Assembly (NCBI GenBank): GCA_016202425.1
Contig: JACQOS010000210.1
Coordinates: 1 to 36,884 of the forward strand
DNA length: 36,884 nt
Direction of reading: 5' to 3'
Origin: Chloroflexota bacterium
GTDB lineage: Bacteria > Chloroflexota > Dehalococcoidia > Lucifugimonadales > JACQOS01
The translations under genes were made by a program, and so were the position numbers. Shown one piece after another: positions 25,262-34,658 of this stretch. How positions within the stretch are numbered: position 1 is the stretch's first letter; each line of letters opens with the position of its first letter. A model generated the notes under the pieces. That model was not told the origin of the DNA, ran no database searches, and worked only from the letters and a program-made list of their open reading frames with translations.

Positions 25262-26182
25262 ATGACCAGGGACTACTACGAGGTCCTGGGGGTCCCGCGC
25301 ACCGCCTCCGAGAAAGACATTCGGCAGGCGTACCGGAGGCTGGCCAGGAAATACCATCCTGACGTGAACCCGGGGAAGCGGGAGGCGGAGGCGCGCTTCA
25401 AAGAGGTCAACGCCGCCTACGAGGTGCTCTCCGACCCCGAGAAGCGGCGCAAGTACGACCAGTTCGGTGAGAACTGGAAGCACGCCGACCGCTTTGCCCA
25501 GGCCAACGCCCACCCCGGAGCGGAGACGTTCTTCCGCCGCGGCCCTGCGGACACCCGGCGCCCCTTCGACGTCGGGGACATGAGCGACTTCGGCCTGGGT
25601 GACCTGTTCAGCGACATCCTGGGCGGCTTCCGGCGCGGAAACCGGCCCACCACGTCCTGGTGGGAGGCGACCCCCGAGGCCCCCGTGGACGTACCCATGG
25701 AGCTCACCCTGGAGGAGGCCTTCGCGGGCGTCCTGCGCACCGTCCAGCTTCCGGCCGTCGGGGGCATGCCTGCCAGGCGTCTGGAGGTGCGCATCCCGCC
25801 CGGGGTGGACTCGGGCTCCCGCGTCCACGTGAACGCCGACGGCAGAGACCTCTACCTGGTAGTCACGCTCCGCCCTCACCACCGGTTCACCCGCAAGGGC
25901 GATGACCTGCATGTGGAGCTCCCCGTGTCGCTGGTGGACGCCCTCTTGGGCAGCGAGCAGGCGGTGGAAACGCTCAAGGGGAAAGTGATGCTCACCGTGC
26001 CGGCCGAGAGTCAGAACGGCCAGGTATTCCGACTCAAGGGTTTGGGCATGCCCAACCTTCAGCAGCCAGCCCTCCGCGGCAGCCTCTTCGTCACCCTCAA
26101 GGTGGTCCTGCCCGCCAATCTCTCCGAACGGGAGCGCCACCTCTTCGAAGATCTCAGGCGGTACCGCGCTGGCCGGAGGTAG
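25262..26182 (+). CDS. J-domain co-chaperone lacking the Cys-rich Zn finger (CbpA/DnaJ class II type)
   Basis: [17 protein letters not shown] domain, a G/F-like linker, C-terminal DnaJ_C beta domains, and no CxxCxGxG repeats. Start set at ATG 25262, because 25226 lies inside the promoter. Confidence 0.88.
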   Translation: MTRDYYEVLGVPRTASEKDIRQAYRRLARKYHPDVNPGKREAEARFKEVNAAYEVLSDPEKRRKYDQFGENWKHADRFAQANAHPGAETFFRRGPADTRRPFDVGDMSDFGLGDLFSDILGGFRRGNRPTTSWWEATPEAPVDVPMELTLEEAFAGVLRTVQLPAVGGMPARRLEVRIPPGVDSGSRVHVNADGRDLYLVVTLRPHHRFTRKGDDLHVELPVSLVDALLGSEQAVETLKGKVMLTVPAESQNGQVFRLKGLGMPNLQQPALRGSLFVTLKVVLPANLSERERHLFEDLRRYRAGRR

Positions 26183-26186
26183 TCCC

Positions 26187-26549
26187 GTGACCCGGCACCA
26201 AGACGAGCCCCTGTACGTCATGGGCGTGGCGGCCCGCATGGCGGGGCTGCACGCCCAGACCCTGCGCTACTACGAGCGCGCCGGGCTCCTCACCCCGGCC
26301 CGCTCCGAAGGCAACCGCAGGTACTACTCGGAGCGGGACCTGGAGCGGGTCCGGCGCATCAAGACCCTCATGGACGACCTGGGCATGAACCTGGCGGGCG
26401 TCGAGGTGGTGCTCCGTCTCATGGAGCGCCTCACCGAGATGGAGCAGCAGGCCCAGCAGCTCTTGGCGGAGGTGGAGCATCTGCGGGCCCAGGGTCGCCC
26501 TCCGGCCCTCCGGGAGGGGAAGCCCCACGAGCAAGGCCAACAGCCGTGA
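26187..26549 (+). CDS. hspR: MerR-family heat-shock repressor HspR
   Basis: YVMGVAARMAGLHAQTLRYYERAGLLTPARSEGNRRYYSERDLERVRRIKTL. Positioned directly after a dnaJ-type gene, as in known dnaJ/cbpA-hspR operons. Confidence 0.85.
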   Translation: MTRHQDEPLYVMGVAARMAGLHAQTLRYYERAGLLTPARSEGNRRYYSERDLERVRRIKTLMDDLGMNLAGVEVVLRLMERLTEMEQQAQQLLAEVEHLRAQGRPPALREGKPHEQGQQP

Positions 26550-26550
26550 G

Positions 26551-26695
26551 GCTATTCGGGAAACCCTCACCCCCTGTTCCCCCTCTCCCTTGGCAAGGGA
26601 GAGGGGGAAGAAAAGATAGCTGGGGGACACCCCCAGACCCCTGCCATCCCGACCCGTCGGGATGGACTCCCCCGAGACGTATTTCCGAACCACTT
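26551..26695 (+). repeat. Modular palindromic element, copy B (between hspR and the Clp ATPase gene)
   Basis: Near-identical to copy A in its first ~90 nt and last ~25 nt. The central module is swapped for catcccgac-ccgt-cgggatgg. Confidence 0.85.
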
Positions 26696-26775
26696 CGTGA
26701 GCCTGGAGGCGGCCCCGGGCAGCCGCGCATTCCATTGGGGAAACGACAAACAGAGAAAAGCGCAGGTGAACGACC

Positions 26776-29229
26776 ATGGTGCTGAGACCTGAGAACTTTA
26801 CAGAACAGGCCCAGGAGGTGCTGGGCACCTCCCAGGAGCTGGTGCGTCAGTACCGACACAGCCAGTGGGACCTGGAGCACATCCTTCTGGCCCTCCTGCA
26901 ACTGGAGCGGGGCGTGCCTGCGGAGATCATGGAGGCCCTGGGGGTCAACGTGGACTCCCTGAAGGCGCGCGTGGAGCAGTCCCTGGAGCGCACGCCCAAG
27001 ACCGTCCACGAGGTCTCCCAAATCTACGCCACTCCCCGGGCCCTTCGGGTCATCGAGAGCGCCAAGGCGGAGGCCAGCCGCCTGAAGGACGAGTTCATCG
27101 GCACCGAGCACCTGCTCATCGGCTGCATCCTGGAGCGGGAGGGCGAGGCCGCCCGGACCTTCAAGGAGTTCGGCATTGACCAGGAGAAGGTCTACAAGGC
27201 CCTCCAAATGGTCCGGGGCACCGCCAGGGTCACGGACCCGCGCGCCGAGAGCAAGTACCGGGCCCTGGACAAGTACACCGTTGACCTCACGGCCATGGCC
27301 CGGGAGGGCAAGCTGGACCCGGTCATCGGGCGTGAGGAGGAGGTCCGCCGGGTGATGCAGACCCTGGCCCGGCGCACCAAGCACACCCCGGTGATCATCG
27401 GCGCTGCGGGCGTCGGCAAGACGGCCATCGCCGAAGGGCTTGCCCAGCGCATCGTCGCCGGCGACGTTCCAGACATCCTCCAGGGGCGGCGGGTCCTCGC
27501 CCTGGACCTGGGGGCCCTCATCGCCGGCTCCAAGTTCCGCGGCGAGTTCGAAGAGCGCCTGAAGGCGGTGATGGACGAGGTGAAGCGGGCCAAGGGGGAG
27601 GTGATCCTCTTCATAGACGAGCTTCACAACGTGGTGGGGGCCGGCGCCGCCGAAGGCGCCATCGACGCCAGCAACCTCATGAAGCCCGCCCTGGCCAGGG
27701 GAGAGCTCCAGTGCGTCGGCGCTACCACGCCCGACGACTACCGCTAGTACATCGAGAAAGACTCCGCCCTGGAGCGGCGCTTCCAGCCCATCTGGGTGGA
27801 GGAGCCCTCGCTGGACGACGCCATCGAGATGCTCCGCGCCTTGCGGCCCCGCTACGAGGCCCACCACAAGGTCAAAATCGACGACTCCGCCCTGGTGGCG
27901 GCCGTCAAGCTCAGCAGCCGCTACATCACGGAGCGCCACCTGCCCGACAAGGCGGTGGACCTCATAGACGAGGCGGCCAGCAAGCTTCGCATCGACGCCC
28001 AGGGCCTTCCGGTCTCCCTCAAGGAGAAGGAGCGCCAGTTGGAGCAGCTTCAGAACGAAGAAGAGGCCGCGGCCCAGCGCTCCGACTATGAGGGGGCGGC
28101 GAGGCTCAAGGCCCAGCGCCTCAAGCTGGAGCAGGAGTACAACCCGGCCAAGGAGGCCTGGATGGCCGGGAAAAAGATCGAGACGGTAGTGAACGCCGAG
28201 GTGATCGCTGACCTGGTGTCCCGGTGGACGGGTATCCCCCTCAGCGGACTCCTGGAGGAGGAGGCGGAAAGGCTTCTCCACATGGAGGAGCGCCTCCACC
28301 AGCGGGTCATCGGCCAGGACCACGCCATCGGCGTCGTGGCCGAGGCCATCCGCCGGGCCCGGGCAGGCATGAAGGACCCCAAGCGGCCCATCGGCAGCTT
28401 CATCTTCCTGGGACCCACGGGGGTGGGCAAGACGGAGCTGGCCCGCGCCCTTGCCCAGTTCCTCTTCGACTCAGAAGAGAACATGGTGCGCATCGACATG
28501 TCGGAGTACCTGGAGAAACACACCGTCTCCCGCCTCATCGGCGCTCCCCCCGGCTACGTCGGCTACGAGGAGGGAGGCCAGCTCACCGAGGCCGTCCGCC
28601 GCCGCCCCTACCGAGTGGTCCTCTTCGACGAGATCGAGAAGGCCCACCCGGACGTGTTCAACATCCTCCTCCAGATCCTGGAGGACGGCCGCCTGACCGA
28701 CGGCCACGGACGCACGGTGGACTTCCGCAACACCGTCGTGATCATGACCAGCAACCTGGGCACGGCGGAGCTGGGACGTCAGGCCCTGGGCTTCCGCCGG
28801 GAGGAGCCTGGAAGCGAGCCGGAGCGCAGGAAGCTCCGGGCGTCCGTGGAGGAGGCGCTGAGGAAGGCCTTCCGGCCGGAGTTCCTGAACCGCATCGATG
28901 AGATCGTTATCTTCGACCCCCTCAGCCAGGAGCAGATCGAGCAGATCGTCGGGCTCATGATGGGAGAGGTGCAGAAGCGCCTGGCCGAGCGAGGTGTGAC
29001 CGCGGAGCTTGCGCCTGCCGCCCGCCAGTGGCTGGCCAAGGAGGGATTTGACCCCACCTTCGGCGCCAGGCCTCTCCGTCGCGCCCTCCAGCGCTACGTG
29101 GAGAACCCCCTCTCCAAGCGCATCCTCGCCCGGGAGTTCCCCGAGGGGAGCCACGTTATCGTCGACGTGGGGCCCGAGGGCCTCACCTTCCAGCAGGCGA
29201 AGGCGCCCGCCGGCACTGCGGCCCGCTGA
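26776..29229 (+). pseudogene. clpC: ClpC-type AAA+ unfoldase (two NBDs, short UVR-like middle domain) interrupted by one in-frame TAG at 27745-27747
   Basis: The two track ORFs (26776-27747 and 27796-29229) are in the same frame. The junction reads [22 protein letters not shown], where homologs have R-[KQ]-Y. Walker [10 protein letters not shown] and GPTGVGKTE. Walker B ILFIDELH and [14 protein letters not shown] loop present. Confidence 0.8.
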
Positions 29230-29319
29230 ACGCCTGGGCTTCCCTCACCTCCGCGCGTGGTTCGACAGGCTCACCACGAGCGGAACAATGGCGGAGAAAC
29301 TACAGGGCCACCGCAGGGA

Positions 29320-29772
29320 TCACTTGACGACCCGGACGGTCCCCACCATGCCGGCCAGCTCGTGGAAAGAGCAGACGAGCTTGAGTTCCCCAGCGGTCCC
29401 CGCTGGCACCAGGAACTCCACAACCTGAGACCTGGCACCTTCCGGGACCGCAACATCCACTTCCAGGGCCGCGATGGTGAAGGTGTGGGCCAAGCCGTCC
29501 CCTAGAAGCTCGATGCGGGCCTTCTTGCCGGCCTCGACCTCCAGGACGCCGGGGGTGAACTGATAGCCTCCCAGGTCGAGCCTCACGGCCGTGGGCGTTG
29601 GGCTCTCGGTGGAGGCCGGAGCAGGTGTCCGGGCCGGGGTCGTGGCGGTGGGCCTGGGGGCGCCGTAGCCTCCCTGGCCGCACGCAGCGCTCAGGAAGAG
29701 CCCCAGCACCAGACCGCAGAGAGCAACGGCACGCCACGGCCTCCCCCGGAAGGTCGGCCCCGCCGGGACCAC
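29320..29772 (-). CDS. Secreted/lipid-anchored type-1 (blue) copper cupredoxin
   Basis: Signal with ..LSAAC. C-terminal ligand pattern C-x2-H-x4-M (VCSFHELAGMVG) plus an upstream His (GLAHTF). Confidence 0.75.
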   Translation of the reverse strand: MVPAGPTFRGRPWRAVALCGLVLGLFLSAACGQGGYGAPRPTATTPARTPAPASTESPTPTAVRLDLGGYQFTPGVLEVEAGKKARIELLGDGLAHTFTIAALEVDVAVPEGARSQVVEFLVPAGTAGELKLVCSFHELAGMVGTVRVVK

Positions 29773-29773
29773 C

Positions 29774-31579
29774 TCAGTATCCGTAGTCGCCGGAGCTAGT
29801 CCCCGTGCCGGGTGTGGAACTCGGCGCGGCGCCCACCGATGGGTTGCCCGCCGCCGTCACCGTCACCGTGCCAGTGAGGTTGGTGTGGACCTTGCAGGTG
29901 TAGGGGAAGGTGCCCACGGTGGTGAAGATGTAGCTGAAGGTCTGCCCAGGAAGGAACCTGCCGCTATCGAAGCCGCGCCCGTCCCACCGGCCGCTGGCGC
30001 CCGAGGTGATGGTGTGCTCAATGTGCTCGTTCACCCAGGTCACCGTGCCCCCCACCGGGATGGTGACGTCCGGGAAGGAGAAGGTGCGGATGACGACCTG
30101 CGCCACCACAGGAGTGGCCGTGGCCGCGGGCGCCCTCGTGGGCGTGGGCGTCGGTGCGGCGACCAAGGGGACCTCCCCGCAGGCAACGTACGTCGCCACC
30201 TCCTGCGCCGACTTGTGGACGCGGATGGCGAACTGGCTCCCCTGGAGGCTCGCAAGCGTGGCGCTCACCACCGTCCTGGACTTCCCATCCACCACGCTGG
30301 TCAGAGGGTACTTCACCGCACCCGCCGTCGTGCAGTCCTTATCGTGAATGTGCGCCGGCTGCGCCACGCCGGCTGCGCCCGGCTTGATGCTGACGGTCAC
30401 TTCCGTCTTGTCCCCTTGGGAGGTGAGCTCAGCTTCACCACTCTGCCCGGAGCCGCCTACCTCCTTGATGGCCACCGTCAACTTCTGGGGGACCTCTCCG
30501 CAGGCAACGTACGTCGCCGCCTCCTGCGCCGACTTGTGGACGCGGACGGCGAACTGGCTCCCCTGGAGACTCGCAAGCGTGGCGCTCACCACCGTCGTTG
30601 ACTTCCCGTCCACCACGCTGGTCAGGGGGTACTTCACCGCACCCGCCGTCGTGCAGTCCTTATCGTGAATGTGCGCCGGCTGCGCCACGCCGGAGGCCCC
30701 AGCCTTGATGTCGATCGTCACCTCCGTCCTGTCCCCCACAGCCTTGAGCACGGCGACGCCCGTCTGCCCGGACTTGCCCAGCTCGCCCAGAAGGACCACC
30801 GTCCCCTTCCTGGGCGACTCCGCCTTCTCCGCGGGAGCGGCCGCGCCCAGCTTCACCACTGGCTTGAACTGGACCCTTGGCCCCGCCAGCACCACGGACT
30901 TGTCGGCGTCGAAGTCCAGCGTCAGGACAGTCGTCTTCCCGGCAGCCACCTGGAACGTTCCGACAACCTGCAGCTTGTCACTGGGGACCTCGGCCTCCTT
31001 GTCCTGGCCTGCCTCCGTCACCACCACCTTGGTGACGGCCAGGCGTACCTGCTGGTACGAGCCTTCCGGCAAAGTGGCTGACCCCAGGACCCCCTCCAAC
31101 CCCGTCACCGCTACCAGGTCGAAGACGGGAGGGCTCTCCACAAGGGTCGTCCAGCCAGCTTCGCCATCGGCGCCGGAGCGCTGGGCCTCGATCTTGGAGG
31201 CGGTCACCAGCACCTTGGTGACCCCTTCGGGAGGCCGGTCCGTCACGCGGACCTCCACGGTACCCGTCCCGGGCACGGGAGCCGGTGTAGCCGTGGGCGC
31301 AGGCGCCCTCGTGGCCGTCGCCACAGGAGGGGCAGAGGTGGCGGTGGCAGTCGGCGTCGCTGGCGCTGTCGTGGGCCTGAGTGTCGGCGAAGGTGCAGGG
31401 GTGGCCGTAGGAGTAGCCACCACCCTCGTAGGCGCAGAGGTAGGTGTCGGCTCAGCGCCGCAGGCCGCCAGGAGCAGCGTCAGTCCAAGACCCAGACCCA
31501 GGAGCAACTTGCTGTACCTCATGGAGCCTCCTCGGATAGGTGCCTTTGAACAGAGATGGAACTCCCCGGTACTTGTCAC
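29774..31579 (-). CDS. Large secreted lipoprotein: Pro/Thr/Ala linkers, a DUF4382-like domain, two tandem CHRD-like repeats and a C-terminal cupredoxin domain
   Basis: Lipobox LLLAAC. DUF4382-like segment (GTVEVRVTDRPPEG..FDLV..YQQVRL). Two 107-aa repeats carry AHIHDKDC..RVHKSAQE. C-terminal cupredoxin with YTCKVHTNLTG. Confidence 0.75.
   Translation of the reverse strand: MTSTGEFHLCSKAPIRGGSMRYSKLLLGLGLGLTLLLAACGAEPTPTSAPTRVVATPTATPAPSPTLRPTTAPATPTATATSAPPVATATRAPAPTATPAPVPGTGTVEVRVTDRPPEGVTKVLVTASKIEAQRSGADGEAGWTTLVESPPVFDLVAVTGLEGVLGSATLPEGSYQQVRLAVTKVVVTEAGQDKEAEVPSDKLQVVGTFQVAAGKTTVLTLDFDADKSVVLAGPRVQFKPVVKLGAAAPAEKAESPRKGTVVLLGELGKSGQTGVAVLKAVGDRTEVTIDIKAGASGVAQPAHIHDKDCTTAGAVKYPLTSVVDGKSTTVVSATLASLQGSQFAVRVHKSAQEAATYVACGEVPQKLTVAIKEVGGSGQSGEAELTSQGDKTEVTVSIKPGAAGVAQPAHIHDKDCTTAGAVKYPLTSVVDGKSRTVVSATLASLQGSQFAIRVHKSAQEVATYVACGEVPLVAAPTPTPTRAPAATATPVVAQVVIRTFSFPDVTIPVGGTVTWVNEHIEHTITSGASGRWDGRGFDSGRFLPGQTFSYIFTTVGTFPYTCKVHTNLTGTVTVTAAGNPSVGAAPSSTPGTGTSSGDYGY
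30168..30810. repeat. Tandem intragenic duplication, 321-bp period, with long near-identical stretches
   Basis: acctc(c/t)ccgcaggcaacgtacgtcgcc... recurs at 30171 and 30492. About 230 nt of each unit differ at only a handful of positions. Confidence 0.85.
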
Positions 31580-31765
31580 CGGGATTCCATCACGACATAC
31601 ATACGGCGCCCCACGCGGCCCGGATTCATGACTTCCGCCCCCCCCGGGCAGGGATGGTCAGGCCTTGTCAAGGCGACGCTCCCACAGTAGCATGGTCTAC
31701 CGGAGGAAGGAAAGCCCCCACCTGGCGACCTACCTGCCGCCGGGGGCGAGCGAGGGCGCGCACAT

Positions 31766-32521
31766 ATGGACCTTGCCTTTGACCAGGGAAGCCAGGAAGA
31801 GCCCCGGGGGCACGCCATCCTCTACTTCCGGTCCGGTGCGGACGTGCTGGCCACGTACCTGGTGGTGCTCCCCATGAAGGTGGACTTCGCCAAGTACGTG
31901 CCTCCCGTGCTGGCAGCCCACGTGAAAGATGTTGGCCTGGAGGAGTTCTCCGCCTTCGCGATTCCGCCCGCGCCGGAGGCGGTGCCCGGAGGAATGGCCT
32001 CCCTGGAGGCCCTGGCCCAGCGCCGGCAGGACGACCTGGTCTCGGCGGGCGAGCTTCCGACGGGCGGCTTCCTGGAAGCGGCGCAACGGGTCCACGATGC
32101 GGTCCTCGCCTACGCCCGCGTCTACGCCCAGCGTGCAGAGGCCCCGGGAGAGCGACCCTCTCCCGCTGCCGAACCCGTCCTGTCGGACCTGGGCGTTGAG
32201 GAGGTCCTCTACTCCTTCATGAGCGAGCGGGACAAGCTGGGGGAACTGGCCAAGCTGGTGGGTAAGCTCCAGTTCGCCGTGGAAGGCAACGACCGCCATC
32301 TGGTCCGCGAGACCGTGGGCCAGATGCGCTCCCTGGCACGCTACCTTCCCGATAGCTACCGCATCCCTCAGCTCGTCGAGGCGGTGGAGCGCTCCCCAGG
32401 CCTGGGCTTGCGGCTCGCCCAACTGTACCTGGACAGGTGCTACAAGCTGTCTGACCAGGACTACCCGGGTGTCCGGCAAGTGGAAGAAGCCATCCGCCAG
32501 GCGGAGAGCGCCAACGGCTGA
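31766..32521 (+). CDS. Conserved-looking hypothetical protein (251 aa), directly upstream of ftsK
   Basis: Long ORF with host-like GC3 bias and a 12-nt gap to the next gene. No recognisable motif. Confidence 0.55.
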   Translation: MDLAFDQGSQEEPRGHAILYFRSGADVLATYLVVLPMKVDFAKYVPPVLAAHVKDVGLEEFSAFAIPPAPEAVPGGMASLEALAQRRQDDLVSAGELPTGGFLEAAQRVHDAVLAYARVYAQRAEAPGERPSPAAEPVLSDLGVEEVLYSFMSERDKLGELAKLVGKLQFAVEGNDRHLVRETVGQMRSLARYLPDSYRIPQLVEAVERSPGLGLRLAQLYLDRCYKLSDQDYPGVRQVEEAIRQAESANG

Positions 32522-32533
32522 GGGGGCAAAGGG

Positions 32534-34543
32534 GTGAGCAGGCGTCGAAAAGGCCGCCGTCGCGGAGGCGGCTGGAAGCTCCCTGTTCTGCTTCTCGTGG
32601 CCCTGGTCGCCTGGGGCGGCGTAGTCCTGGCTGGCCCCGCCGCGCTGCGAGACCCCTTCTGGAAGGCCCTGGGACCGCCGGTAGCCGTTGCCCCTCTCGC
32701 TCTGGCTGGAGTGCTTTGGGTGGCCTGGCGGCGGCCCGGCCTCTTCGTGCGCCGGTGGAACCGGTGGCTGGGAGGGCTCAGCCTTGCCCTGGCAGGCATG
32801 CTCCTCTTCTCCTTCTTCCACCCCACCCAGGGGGCCTTCGCCAGCAGCGGCCTGGCCGGGGACCTGGGGAAGGGGCTGAGGGACTTCTTTGGCCCGGGCG
32901 CTTGGGGCACCTGGTCCCTATCCAACCTGAAGATAGAGCTTCCGGCATGGGGGGGCCTGGGTGGCCTCCTCCTGTTGGGCCTCGGCGGCGCCTTCGTCTT
33001 TAGCCCCAGAGCTACCGCCCGGGCCTTCAGGCGAGGCGTCCTGGTTACAGCCGAGGGAGGGCTCCGCTTGGGCCGGGGAGCAGGACGGCTGGCCCGGCTG
33101 GTGCGGCGCCGGCCCCCTGCGGTAGCCCCCGCTGGCCCAGCGGCGACGGCTCCTCCGTCGCCTGCTGCCCAGGCGACCATGCTGGCGCCAGCTCCCGCTC
33201 CCACCCTGTCCCCAGAGAGCCCGGCCCGGCCGGCGCGCCTCCCTCTGCCAACCATCGCGGCTCCCTGGACCCTGCCGCCTCTCGAGCTCCTCGACCCGCC
33301 ACGGGCCATCTCTTTCGACCAGGAGGAGGCCCAGGGCATGGCCCGACGGTTGGAGGAGGCCCTGGCCAGCTACGGCATCGAGGCCCGCACCGTAGCGGTG
33401 AACCCCGGGCCCACAGTCACCCAGTTTGGCGTGGAGCCCGGGTGGGTACGCCGGGCCCGGCCCGGCAAGCCACGGGAGAGCGCCGGGCCACCGGAGCAAC
33501 GGCAAGAAGAGGCTGCCGGCACCCGAGTAAAGGTGGAGGCCATCGCTGCCCTGGACAGGGACCTCGCCCTGGCCCTGGCAGTCTCTTCCGTCCGCATCGA
33601 GGCGCCTGTGCCTGGCAAGGGGTACGTGGGCGTCGAGGTGCCCAACACCAACGCTGCGACCGTGGGCCTGCGCAACGTGGTGGAGGCGCCTGCCTTCGCC
33701 GAGGTGCATGCCCAGACCAAGCTGGCCCTGCCCCTGGGACTGGGAGTGGGAGGCCACCCAGGGGTGGCCGACCTGACGCGCCTCCCCCACCTCCTCATGG
33801 CGGGCGCCACGGGCAGCGGGAAGAGCGTTTGCCTCAAGTCCTTCCTCACGAGCCTCGTGCTCACCACCACGCCTCAGGAGGTACGCCTGGTCCTCATCGA
33901 TCCCAAGCGCGTGGAGTTCACCAGGTTCTGGGACCTGCCCCACCTCCTCTACCCTCCCATTGTCGAGGCCGACCAGGCGGCCCTGGTCCTCCAGGACCTC
34001 ATCCAGGAGATGAACGAGCGCTATCGCCTCATGGCAGGCCAGCGGGCGAACATCTTGCACGCGTACAACCAGCAGGCGGCGGTGCCCCTGCCCTACATTG
34101 TGGTCATCGTGGACGAGCTTGCGGACCTGATGATGACCACGCCCAAGGAGACCGAGCACGGGCTTACCCGCCTGGCGCAGTTGGGCCGGGCCGCGGGCAT
34201 CCACCTCATCGTTGCCACGCAGCGTCCCTCGGTGGACGTGGTGACCGGCCTCATCAAGGCCAACTTCCCGTCCAGGATCAGCTTCGATGTCGCCTCCCAA
34301 GTAGACTCGCGCGTCATCCTGGACATGCCCGGAGCGGAGCACCTCCTGGGACGCGGCGACATGCTCTTTCTCCCCTCCGACGCCTCCCAGCCATGGCGCT
34401 ACCAGGGCTGCCTGGTCTCGGACGCAGAGATGGAACGCATCGTAGGTTTCTGGGCCCGGCAGGTTGCCCCCGCTCCCACCGGCAGCCCAGGTGTGGCATC
34501 TTCGCCTGGGCCCGGCCCCGGGCCGCGGCAGCCGCCCCTTTGA
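32534..34543 (+). CDS. ftsK: FtsK/SpoIIIE-family DNA translocase (4 TM helices, Pro/Ala linker, alpha/beta motor), no gamma domain
   Basis: Walker A AGATGSGKSV, Walker B IVVIVDELADL, ATQRPS motif. The ORF ends about 30 aa after the motor domain. Confidence 0.9.
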   Translation: MSRRRKGRRRGGGWKLPVLLLVALVAWGGVVLAGPAALRDPFWKALGPPVAVAPLALAGVLWVAWRRPGLFVRRWNRWLGGLSLALAGMLLFSFFHPTQGAFASSGLAGDLGKGLRDFFGPGAWGTWSLSNLKIELPAWGGLGGLLLLGLGGAFVFSPRATARAFRRGVLVTAEGGLRLGRGAGRLARLVRRRPPAVAPAGPAATAPPSPAAQATMLAPAPAPTLSPESPARPARLPLPTIAAPWTLPPLELLDPPRAISFDQEEAQGMARRLEEALASYGIEARTVAVNPGPTVTQFGVEPGWVRRARPGKPRESAGPPEQRQEEAAGTRVKVEAIAALDRDLALALAVSSVRIEAPVPGKGYVGVEVPNTNAATVGLRNVVEAPAFAEVHAQTKLALPLGLGVGGHPGVADLTRLPHLLMAGATGSGKSVCLKSFLTSLVLTTTPQEVRLVLIDPKRVEFTRFWDLPHLLYPPIVEADQAALVLQDLIQEMNERYRLMAGQRANILHAYNQQAAVPLPYIVVIVDELADLMMTTPKETEHGLTRLAQLGRAAGIHLIVATQRPSVDVVTGLIKANFPSRISFDVASQVDSRVILDMPGAEHLLGRGDMLFLPSDASQPWRYQGCLVSDAEMERIVGFWARQVAPAPTGSPGVASSPGPGPGPRQPPL

Positions 34544-34658
34544 GCGTATGTCCAGGAAGCTCGCCCCGGGGCTCCCCACTCGGGGCGGGCCATGGCCGGC
34601 GGCTGATGGTCCCGGCTCGACCCTTCCCAGCAAGCGGAGCAGAAAGGATGAGATAGGC

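Noticed and set aside
27745-27747. The TAG inside the clpC-like gene could be a recoded sense codon (pyrrolysine or another reassignment).
   Set aside because: TAG is used as a genuine terminator by several well-supported genes in this window (the adaptor, the DGQHR gene, DinB2, the MoaD-like gene). I see no PYLIS-like context or pyl genes. Error or a recent nonsense mutation is more parsimonious.
26431-28323. Very long antisense or overlapping ORFs, including 26431-28323, 34314-36335, 32918-34756, 8480-9625, 22356-23696, 23593-25119, 25229-26239, 10195-11106, 18977-19894, 20332-21357 and 11427-12503.
   Set aside because: Each lies opposite to, or out of frame with, a gene that has clear family motifs. 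Their translations are Arg/Pro/Gly/Ala-rich low-complexity sequence, as expected from stop-codon-poor high-GC DNA.
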